Source: Stramenopiles sp. TOSAG23-3 (taxonomy: Eukaryota). From it: a DNA stretch of 64,000 nucleotides. Each line of letters starts with the position of its first letter. Position 1 is the first letter of the stretch. The position numbers and the translations under genes are program-made. The notes under the pieces were generated by a model. The model had not been told where the DNA came from. It did not search any database and worked only from the letters and a program-made list of their open reading frames with translations. This document shows, piece by piece, positions 1 to 8,880 of the stretch. The stretch lies in contig LT642148.1 in assembly GCA_900128585.1 (NCBI GenBank), positions 1 to 64,000 of the forward strand, given 5' to 3'.

Positions 1-155
1 GAAACAAAATTACAGAACCAAGTTAGGATTAGGGTATGAGGAAGCTAAATTTAATTACTTAAATAACAGCCAATTTTCTATTTTTAAAGTTTCAAAGCGA
101 AAGCTAAAACCACCATGTACAAGAATGTAATTTTTGGCTGTTATTAAGTACTACT
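1..155. repeat. Dispersed 3'-spacer repeat family (core GAAGCTAAATTTAATTACTTAAATAACAGCCAATTTTCT), copy with TTAGGATTAGGG head
   Basis: 1-80 is nearly identical to 14532-14610 and to the reverse complement of ~30615-30693; an inverted core copy lies at ~130-150. Confidence 0.9.
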
Positions 156-228
156 GCCTTTCAAGCCAAAAAGTTATTTAAGTGTAAGCGCAAGAGACCT
201 TCAGTTTAAATCCTGTTCGTTGCCAAGT

Positions 229-2055
229 CTAATCAGAGTGCTCGGCTTTTTTTTGTTTTCTTGCCACTGACATCGCACTGCCAACAGCCGGGGATTTGGC
301 ACCCCGGCGTTTGCTTCTACTTTCCTCGTCTGCCGACAGTTGAGCGGCTAATTTGGCATCAGCGGCCTCTTGCTTCTTCCTTTTACGAGCCGCGATTGCT
401 TCTTCCTTCCGCTGCTTTATCAACTGATCGCGGAGTAGTTTTTCCTCTACTTTTTTTTCTAATTCTTGCCGTTGAGCATTTACCAAAGCATCTTTTTCAG
501 CCTTCACCAAGTCTCGTTCTTTTTGTTCTGATTCTAACTTCGCGCGAATGAGGGCGAAATTTTCGGCTTCCAGTCTCTTTGACTCCACTTCCGCTTGCCG
601 TTTCGCATCCTTTTCTTTATTTCGTTTCTCCATCTGCCTCCGATGACGTTCACGATGTATGCTTGCCCAGTCGTTTGCAGGCACTGTGGCACTCCCGCCA
701 CCTAATGTTTTTCCCGCGCCAGAGAAAGCTGTGGCTTTCTCATTCGTCTCAAACAGCGCATCAGCTTCCTTATCAGGTTCGCACTTTGCAGCTGTTGTCT
801 GGAACGGGGCCAGCTTTCCTGTGCTCAAGACATTGCCAGTGCCGCCAAACACGACAGTCTCGCTTTTTAAAGTTTCACTTACCGATACTACTCTTGCATC
901 CACTTTCGCACTATGGCCCTGGTCAAGATGTCCCAGCCCTGAGCGTTCAAGGGTCTTCGATAGGGCCACAACTTCATCAGCCCCTTCTGCCTTCTTTAAC
1001 CCGGCAAAATTTCGCTTTCTAAATTTCGCCAGCTTTTCTTTTCGATTTAAAGCAGTGCCGACTGTAGGCTCAACGTCCCTCCTACTTGGGATGCTGTCCC
1101 CCTTCTGCTTCCATGCTTGATCCCCCCCTCTGTTTTTCGTAACTGTGCCCTTCCTCGTTGTGCTGGCAGAGTTCGCTTCAGCGGGATGGGTTCGGTGGGA
1201 ACGTCCGCTTTCGCTCTGAAGATTTCCGCTTTTTTTCTTTGCGGTCGTATCCTTGCTTTTCAAGCGTTTCTCTTTTCGGTTAGGCTTTGTGTTTAGTGAC
1301 TCTTTTGAATTGGTACGCATTGGTCTCCTGACTCCTGCTTTTGACCTGGTTGGGGGCTGACGCGGTTGCATTCTTCGGCCACCTTCAGAGGATGAAGAAA
1401 CAATGGGCTCCGGCACATTTTCCTCTTCGGGCTCAAAAACTTCGCCCACTGGAGCAAACTCTACCTTTAAATCAACCGTACCATAGAGAGATACTGCATT
1501 GCCAGGTTTTAACTCAACCACGTCCAGCTTGAATTTGTCGTTCCCATATTGTATCACGATAGTTTGCCCGACAGAGAGTGCTGAGTAGTTTTGCATCGCA
1601 ATTTCCAAAATATTGCGCACTCCTAGGGAAGCCACAAAATCCAGAAACTCTTCTTTGTGTGGTTGAAACCTTGCAAAGTCACCCTTCGGCAATTTTTTTA
1701 CAGATTTAAATGCTACCCGCCCGCCCTCTCGCATATTCATACCGGAAATCATCCATGACGGGATGTATGCAACACCTTTGGGGGCACTGAACTCGAGGAC
1801 GCCAGAAAACTGAGTGTATCCTGATTTTTTAGACTTTGGGCCTTTTTTCATGGCCGAATGCAGCTGCATATGCAACGGAAACTCAAGCCTCAGACGCGAC
1901 ACTGCTTTAAACGCCTCTTCAGGCATGATAATCTTGTCCCCTGCTTCCAAGTCGGAACGCCCTGCTGCCCCGACCGAAAACACTTTGTAGGTCGCTTCGA
2001 AAGGCTTTGTCCCCGAACCCCACGCTCGGGGGTATAACGGGCGACGACGTGACAT
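229..2055 (-). CDS. UFD1-domain (ubiquitin fusion degradation) protein with long basic linker and C-terminal coiled coil
   Basis: GDKIIMP, SGVLEFSAPKG.AYIPSWM, LPKGDF..FQP, NYSALSVG, AVSL...DLKVEFAP and F.G.G..LG (SHP-like) motifs typical of UFD1; 608 aa. Confidence 0.85.
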   Translation of the reverse strand: MSRRRPLYPRAWGSGTKPFEATYKVFSVGAAGRSDLEAGDKIIMPEEAFKAVSRLRLEFPLHMQLHSAMKKGPKSKKSGYTQFSGVLEFSAPKGVAYIPSWMISGMNMREGGRVAFKSVKKLPKGDFARFQPHKEEFLDFVASLGVRNILEIAMQNYSALSVGQTIVIQYGNDKFKLDVVELKPGNAVSLYGTVDLKVEFAPVGEVFEPEEENVPEPIVSSSSEGGRRMQPRQPPTRSKAGVRRPMRTNSKESLNTKPNRKEKRLKSKDTTAKKKSGNLQSESGRSHRTHPAEANSASTTRKGTVTKNRGGDQAWKQKGDSIPSRRDVEPTVGTALNRKEKLAKFRKRNFAGLKKAEGADEVVALSKTLERSGLGHLDQGHSAKVDARVVSVSETLKSETVVFGGTGNVLSTGKLAPFQTTAAKCEPDKEADALFETNEKATAFSGAGKTLGGGSATVPANDWASIHRERHRRQMEKRNKEKDAKRQAEVESKRLEAENFALIRAKLESEQKERDLVKAEKDALVNAQRQELEKKVEEKLLRDQLIKQRKEEAIAARKRKKQEAADAKLAAQLSADEESRSKRRGAKSPAVGSAMSVARKQKKAEHSD

Positions 2056-2545
2056 TTGCGTTTATTGAGTTTGTTGGGGTTGGATTGGTATCGTGCAACG
2101 ACTTTTAAAAAAGTGTGTTTATTGGGTGGCTGCTGTTCTTGCAAAAATGGCTGGAGGGGTGGACACACGATGGGAAAGTTTCTTTCTTTTCGGAGGTATA
2201 GGATTCTTTCGAGTTTCGAATTTTTATTTGAATTTATTATATTTAAAAAAAAAAAAAGACTTTTTTTTTTCTTCTTGTTGTTCTTCTTCTACCTGGTACT
2301 TCAATAATACCTCCTATCGTATCGGTTCGTACCGGTCGGTGCCTTTACCTGTACTACTGTAGTATAATTTATTATTATTTAAAAAAAAAAAAATGTACTT
2401 CAGTACAAACATATTTATTAGTAGTCTTTTATTCTCCTCTACACTCTACAGACGATTATTACACTTAGTTATTTGGTAGACGACTATCTATAAGTATTAA
2501 ATAATAAAAATACCAACTAACGGTCGGAATTTTGACAACCCCCAG

Positions 2546-3007
2546 CCTCTTCGGGGGAGTTTGCAGGCCATTTTTTCAATGCTGTGTTAAGGCTAAAAGA
2601 CTATTAATCTTGTTTGCCACAGAGGTAACTAGCAGGTGTGTAGCACCAATTAAACACACAGAATGGAAATTCCTGGTGCAGATTGCACCACTTTGGCCGG
2701 AATAACATTCTCATCAGATTTGATTGAGGAGTCGAAAGTGACCCTTAAATAATTAGGGTTAGAAAGACATAAATACATTATAAAGTAATGGTAGTATAAA
2801 TTTATGTGTATTGTAAGGAATTATGGAACTTATCTCGTTTTGAAGTGGTCCTCAAAATGGTCAATCTGCACCACCAGGAATATCAATTGTTTGTGTTTAA
2901 TTGTTGCTACGCACCTGCTAGTTACATATATGGTAAACAAATGTAATTGATATTTAGCGTTAACACAGCATTAAACAATGCCTAAAAAAACGTCCCCCAA
3001 GAAGAGG
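2546..3007. mobile_element. Foldback/MITE-like element with ~150-bp imperfect terminal inverted repeats
   Basis: The left arm (CCTCTTC..AATGCTGTGTTAA..GTAACTAGCAGGTG..TCCTGGTGCAGATTG, ~2546-2696) is the reverse complement of ~2852-3007; no ORF; no clear TSD. Confidence 0.75.
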
Positions 3008-3380
3008 AATGAATGCAATTTTTAGAAGAATAGAGGTTTTTACGACGACCATCCATTGTAATTTTGTCTTTAAGGTTCACTCCAGCACATTTATAAATAA
3101 TATTAAAATAGTACGTATTACAGTACTATTATTTCTTCAGTTCGAAGTAGCACAGTGCTGGACTTCTTCCTCCTTCTTCTTCTTCTTTTTCGCAATTCTT
3201 GCTTAATTTACCAACCACTCATAGTCTTACCTACCCCGTGTTGAAAGTTTATCACACGCGTATGCAAACTACACAAAAGTTCAGATAGAACAACTATCAA
3301 GATCCCCAATCACCGCTCAGGAAAGCCGAAACAAAGCAAAGCAGCACCGAGGAAACGTTGCAAGATCAATCTGAGCCGCA

Positions 3381-4208
3381 ATGTCTTATTTAAGAACAGC
3401 CATGGACCTGGCAAAAGTTGTCCTTGGGAGCGGGGTTGTCGCAGTTATGGCAGAACAGTCGCTCTATGATGTCGATGGAGGAGAACGTGCAGTTATATAC
3501 GACCGTGCCCGCGGTATTCTTCCATCTGTTGAAGAACCTGGCCTTCGATTTAAATTTCCGCTTCTTCAGTACCCAGTAATCTATGATATCAGAGACCGTC
3601 CACGAACGGTCAATACCCAAACTGGAACGAAAGACTTGCAGACTGTAAACATATCGCTACGGGTGTTATACCACCCCGAAGAGACAAAACTTCCAGACCT
3701 GCACAACGACATGGGTGAAGACTACGACGATCGTATCATGCCATCGATAGTCCCTGAAATTTTAAAAGCCATCGTGGCCAAATACGACGCAGAAGAGTTG
3801 ATTACACAGCGTGATCTTGTCTCCAAAGATATTAGCGACACGTTGACACAAAGGGCAGAAACGTTTTCCATGATCGTTAGTGATGTAGCCATTACGCATT
3901 TAAATTTCATGAGAGAGTTTGAACGTGCTATTGAACACAAACAGATCGCGCAGCAAGAGGCAGAACGGTCAAAATTTGTAGTCGCGATGGCGGAACAGGA
4001 AAAACAAGCAGCAATCATTCGTGCAGAAGGGGAGGCCGAAGCAGCCAAAATTATAACAGAGGCTATAGAAAGAGCAGGCGAGGGTGTAATCCAAGTGCGC
4101 CGCATCGACGCAGCCAAGGAGATAGCTGAGACGCTTTCCCAGTCTGGAAATGTAGTATACTTGCCAAATTCAGGAAACATGCTTTTGGGCTTAAGTGCTG
4201 CAAGGTAG
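3381..4208 (+). CDS. PHB: Prohibitin (SPFH/band 7 family)
   Basis: YDVDGGERAVIYDR, TGTKDLQTVNISLRVL, LITQR..VS, KQIAQQEAER, AEGEAEAA; 275 aa. Confidence 0.97.
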   Translation: MSYLRTAMDLAKVVLGSGVVAVMAEQSLYDVDGGERAVIYDRARGILPSVEEPGLRFKFPLLQYPVIYDIRDRPRTVNTQTGTKDLQTVNISLRVLYHPEETKLPDLHNDMGEDYDDRIMPSIVPEILKAIVAKYDAEELITQRDLVSKDISDTLTQRAETFSMIVSDVAITHLNFMREFERAIEHKQIAQQEAERSKFVVAMAEQEKQAAIIRAEGEAEAAKIITEAIERAGEGVIQVRRIDAAKEIAETLSQSGNVVYLPNSGNMLLGLSAAR

Positions 4209-4395
4209 TCGAAGCAGAAAGTTGTAAACCGGTTTGATCTTCTTTTCAGTTTATGAACTGCACATGAAATAAGAATTCTTCGTAAAATATAAAATTTCAT
4301 TGTTTTGACAGGGCACATAATTGTACTTCAATTGAGAACAATTAAGACTTCTATTAAAAGTAGTAAACGATGAGAAGAAGAAAGAAGAAGACGAC

Positions 4396-4994
4396 GAGAA
4401 ATTGAGAATTGAGTCGTTTGTGCACGGTCCCACATTCACCTGTGATATTGTAAGCACAATACGTAGTTTGTATTCGTAGTATACCAGTTTAATACAATTA
4501 CATATCCTATCAAAATAATGAAATGGCCCTTCGGGACGCCTGGCAGGGGCCTATTTCTATAATTTACCTAATTGTCAATAGAATGGGAGGAGCCGCTCGT
4601 GGGTGCTGCTAAAGCTCCGTATGGACACAGCATCATTCGCCTAACCCTAACCCTATTTCTATAATTTACCTAATTGTCAATAGAATGGGAAGAGCCATTC
4701 GGTAGAGATTCTAAGCATTCAAATAGACACAGGATTGCAACCAATGACGTATCCATACGCAGCCTTAGCAGGACCCAAGAGCGGCTCCTCCGATTCTATC
4801 GACAATTAGGTAAAATTATAGAAATAGGCCCCTGCCAGGCTCCCCGAAGGGTCATATTGTGATAGGATACATTTGTACTTGAAGAATACAACATGGAAAT
4901 AGTTAATAATGTACTGTATTTACAATTTACAATATCAAAGGAGAATGATATGGGACCGTGGTGCATAAAAGGCTCAATTCTCAATTTCTCTCTC
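4396..4994. mobile_element. Non-autonomous Mutator(MULE)-like foldback element with long TIRs and 10-bp TSD
   Basis: 4396-4415 GAGAAATTGAGAATTGAGTC matches the reverse complement of 4971-4990 at 19/20; inverted symmetry continues ~230 bp inward; AGAAGACGAC flanks both sides (4386-4395, 4995-5004). Confidence 0.8.
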
Positions 4995-5238
4995 AGAAGA
5001 CGACGACGAACGACGACGAATAAATATAATAGAATAAAAAAAAAATACCAAATTTTTACTGTACAGTGTACATTAGACTAAATCTTTTTATACGAAATAT
5101 ACCGCCGGTAAATGCCAAAAATAATCAAAATTTTGCGCGCTCTGCATTGCAACAATCAGTTTGTATTTAGTGCTCAAATATTTCGCAGAGGTCCTCAGCA
5201 ATCACCGAACACTACATATTGAAATCCTGCGCGTTAAT

Positions 5239-7395
5239 ATGCCGAGAGCAACTGCGTTTGGTGGCGACATAAATGGCGAGTGGTGCGACATCGCCTTTTC
5301 GAATAGACGGGAGAGCAGCGAAGCGCCTGTCCAAAGTAATGGCGTCCAACCTGCAGCGGTGAAGCTGCCATCCCGCCCAGTTGGCGTTTTCTCCTCATTT
5401 AAACTCAAAATCCGTCCCAAACCAGAAACTGCAGCTATGAATGCTGCGTGCCATGGTGCGGAGCATTTAGCATACATGGTGGCAGTTGAACACCAGAGAA
5501 ACATCGAGAAACATAAAAATGAGAACTCTGAGTACCTTCTACCATTTTATGGCGGGCCGCTCGGACTGACTATCAAAGAATCCAGCGAGAAAGAAAACGT
5601 GGTTGTTTTTGTGGAAGCAATTGACCCAACTGGTCAGGCCGCTAAATACAAGCATAAGATAAAGGCTGGGGACAGGATGGTAGAGTGCGGAGGCGTTTCT
5701 ATCGAAGGGCTTAGTTTTGATGTTGTATGCGACATCTTACGCGATAGCGAAAGGCCGGTCGACATCAAATTTCAGCGCCCTAAAGTCACTGGGGAGAAAG
5801 ACCCGTTGAATAGTTACGGCGCAGAAGCGGTCCATTTTCTCATAAGCATAGGCAATACCGCGAGAGAGCCTTTGAAGCGCCGCGTCCTTACCCTCATGGA
5901 CCCCATCGCCGACCGATGGCAAGAAGAGTACGAAGTGACGACATCCTTGTACATGGACACCGAGGAAGGGCTCGTTACTGTCAAAGATATTTTTTGTTTT
6001 GAACATATTGGGCGGTCGCCCAAAGGAAAACGGCAATTAGATGATTATTTAAGATCATCGGTAGGTGTAACTGATGCTACCGAGTGGTACAAAATTGACC
6101 CGGGAAATTCGGCTTCCATGGAATCGCTGGTCACACCGGCGAAGGGCCACACGTTGTTGAAAAACGCGCTGTTCAACTCGTATTTCGTGGAGTGTACCGA
6201 CATTCACTCCCCCGTTGGAGTAACGTATTTGGATTTCTTGAAAGAACTCCCGCGCGTAAAACCTTACAGACTACCGAGCCAAACGAAGGGGGAGGAAGAT
6301 TCTAATCCAGTGTTTGAAGAGCAATGTTCTCTGCTGTTTGCTGCAATACAAACATTAAGCCACTTTGGCGATCTCACCCTGTCCTCTAAGTTACTCCCAG
6401 ACGAATTCGTTTTCTTGCATAGCAGTGAAGTGATGGAGTATGGAGTACAGAAAGAAAATGTAAGCCTTGTTGGCCAGTTAGTTTTTTGTTTGCGGGTATT
6501 TCAAGTCAGTGATGCCGATCCCATTTTGAAGAGAGGTGTTCAGTGTTTGTTGAATCTCCAAAGGGAAGATGGTTCATGGGGGGAAACCTTGCTGAAAGAT
6601 AGAGACGGACGAGACCGAGACGACCAAATGTTTGATGGTCGATTTTACAGAACGTTCTACGCCAGCGCCGCCTTGTGCTCACGGCGCTTTCGAGGTTTTG
6701 GCCCCAGTCGCCCGGGGGCGCTCAAGGTGTTGAGGGGCTGGTTACCAAAAATAGGTCGAAGTGAGCACGATTTTAAGCGAACCCAATATGCAACAGGAAA
6801 CTTGAGTACTAACTCGAATCACCTCACCCCTATTCTAGAAGCCTACCCAAAAGCAGCCGATTACCGGGCGCAAATTAAGGTATCGGCGAAAAGGCGGGCA
6901 GAGCTGCGCTTGGACAAGCTACTTCAGTTTCGAGAAAAGAAAAAGAAAATGACCCCAAACCAATGGAAAAAGTACAAAGTATCAGGTGGTTACCAAAGCG
7001 TGCGAGGTCTTGGTCTGCAATCGACGGTGTACGCGAAACAGTGCAAATCAGCTGTGAAAAAAATCAAAAGTGCCTCTTCCTTTCTGCGAAAACTGGAAAA
7101 ATTTCATCGGGACATCAATGCCCCAAATGTCGATCAAATTCTCGGTAGTATAGATTTTGACGATGGAACAATAGACTTTAGTGGGCACAGGCTTAGCCTT
7201 TTTGATTTGTATCGACGGGTATGCTTACAGGGAGGAGGTGGAGATCACGAGGACATTTGGTGGGCGAATAACGCCCGGTCGATGGAGCTCCCCGTCGGTT
7301 TGGCAAAGGCAGGAAATACTTTAAAACGGAAGTATTTCAAAATGTTATATGCTTTTGAAGTTCAAACCACGCTTCTTTTTTTTGATAATGAATAA
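5239..7395 (+). CDS. Multidomain protein: PDZ domain, prenyltransferase/terpene-cyclase-like QxxDGSW repeat, C-terminal ARID domain
   Basis: GPLGLTI..VFVEAIDPTGQA..IKAGDRMVECGGVSI (PDZ); LLNLQREDGSW; LSLFDLYRRV..GG..W..AR.MELP...LKRKY.K.LYAFE (ARID). Start moved to first ATG. Confidence 0.75.
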   Translation: MPRATAFGGDINGEWCDIAFSNRRESSEAPVQSNGVQPAAVKLPSRPVGVFSSFKLKIRPKPETAAMNAACHGAEHLAYMVAVEHQRNIEKHKNENSEYLLPFYGGPLGLTIKESSEKENVVVFVEAIDPTGQAAKYKHKIKAGDRMVECGGVSIEGLSFDVVCDILRDSERPVDIKFQRPKVTGEKDPLNSYGAEAVHFLISIGNTAREPLKRRVLTLMDPIADRWQEEYEVTTSLYMDTEEGLVTVKDIFCFEHIGRSPKGKRQLDDYLRSSVGVTDATEWYKIDPGNSASMESLVTPAKGHTLLKNALFNSYFVECTDIHSPVGVTYLDFLKELPRVKPYRLPSQTKGEEDSNPVFEEQCSLLFAAIQTLSHFGDLTLSSKLLPDEFVFLHSSEVMEYGVQKENVSLVGQLVFCLRVFQVSDADPILKRGVQCLLNLQREDGSWGETLLKDRDGRDRDDQMFDGRFYRTFYASAALCSRRFRGFGPSRPGALKVLRGWLPKIGRSEHDFKRTQYATGNLSTNSNHLTPILEAYPKAADYRAQIKVSAKRRAELRLDKLLQFREKKKKMTPNQWKKYKVSGGYQSVRGLGLQSTVYAKQCKSAVKKIKSASSFLRKLEKFHRDINAPNVDQILGSIDFDDGTIDFSGHRLSLFDLYRRVCLQGGGGDHEDIWWANNARSMELPVGLAKAGNTLKRKYFKMLYAFEVQTTLLFFDNE

Positions 7396-7526
7396 ATAGT
7401 GCGAACAACCATTCCAGCGAAATATACGCGTTTTTCAAAAAAAAACTCGCGAAAGAAATTTATCTCTTCAATTACTTCTTTAAAACCCTAAAAACTAATA
7501 AAACAGTGAGCGGGTTTGGCGGATTT

Positions 7527-7628
7527 AGCAGGACTTTGTTTCATAGTGTACCTAGTGCGTCCTCTGTGCTGACAATATCACCACCGATAAGACCCGATTC
7601 GCTGCGGCTTTGGTGGTGGCTGATAATT
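7527..7628 (+). ncRNA. Candidate structured ncRNA with H/ACA-like hairpin-hinge-hairpin-tail layout
   Basis: GC-rich island in an AT-rich spacer. AGCA-GGAC/GTCC-TGCT stem, hinge ACAATA (ANANNA) at 7572, 10-bp stem TCACCACCGA/TTGGTGGTGG, ATA at 7623, then a T-run. Confidence 0.3.
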
Positions 7629-7760
7629 TTTTAGTAATGATATAAAATGAGGAAAAAAACCTAATTCAGTTTATCTAAATTTTATTACTTCGTACACAGT
7701 AAGTAAAGAAAAAAACCTAATTCAGTTTATCCTAAATAAAACAAAAAATATTGGATCATC

Positions 7761-8610
7761 ATAAACTACGAAAGTGAATCTGCTCCTTTTGTCCATTTAA
7801 GGTAGAAGTAGATGTTGACGACACAGAGGTACAGTCCTCCATAAAGTCTTCAGAAGAAGGCGACCAGAGCATTGCCACCAGGACGAGACTTCAACTGGCA
7901 CGCCAACGACTCCCAACCATTGCATTGCCTACCGAATCTTCACCATTGGAACAGCACCCACAAACGCCGATTACGCACACCGACCTACACGACCCTCCTT
8001 CGACACCCCAATTCACAAATGCCAATTCCTTGACTGGTTTACAAGACAGACAATGGGCGCCTTTAAAACATTCACGCCGCTGCTTGGTAAACCACACAAG
8101 GACGGATTCACCTATGAGTGAGACATCGGTTGAGGAAGTTGATTATGGGTCTCCTGACATCGACGCAATTCCACACACTGATTCGTTAAGACTGAGTGAC
8201 AAGGGTATATTGATTACTAAAATCACAACAGCAGAGGTCAGTTCGTAGTACATAGATTTTAATTACTTCAATAACAGCCAATTTTTCGTTTAAAAAAAAA
8301 CATAAATTTTCAGTTTTTGACGCGGTTTCACTCACTGATTCGGATCATGCATGGAGTACATACCGGTATGACAATGAGAGTCAAGAGTCAAGTCTAAGTG
8401 ACAAGGATTTATTGATTACTATAAGCACATCAGCAGAGTTCAGTTCGCAATACGTTAATTACTTAAATAACAGCCATAATTTTGTTTTTAATTTTCAGTG
8501 ATTATCATCTAAAAATTATTAATTCGTAAAATCTTATAATATACGGTAAATATGTTTCAATTACTCAATTATACTTAAATAACAGCCAATTTTCTTGTTT
8601 TTAAATGTTT
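7761..8610. repeat. Cluster of degenerate 3'-spacer repeat copies, including a decayed copy of the ORF-bearing part
   Basis: 7815-7840, 7862-7882 and 8063-8290 align by eye with 30155-30600; core copies at ~8260, ~8457, ~8570. Confidence 0.85.
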
Positions 8611-8880
8611 CAATTCCAATCAGGTTAATTTGATGATGTTAAACCAATAAGGTTAATTTTTCTTTTTCTCCAATTTCTTTTGTTCTGCCTCGAGTTTCTA
8701 TTATTTTGATCTGTCCGTCAAAATATTTTTTTTCATTCGATTGTAAACCACTTAGGTTTTTTTTTGGCCCACTGTTATACCCAGTTACACTTTCTTTTTT
8801 TTTGTCATTGAATTTTGTGTTTTTTGCGGTAAAAATTATGGCGATGGACGATTTTGTTAAAACCATATACTTCAGAAGTA

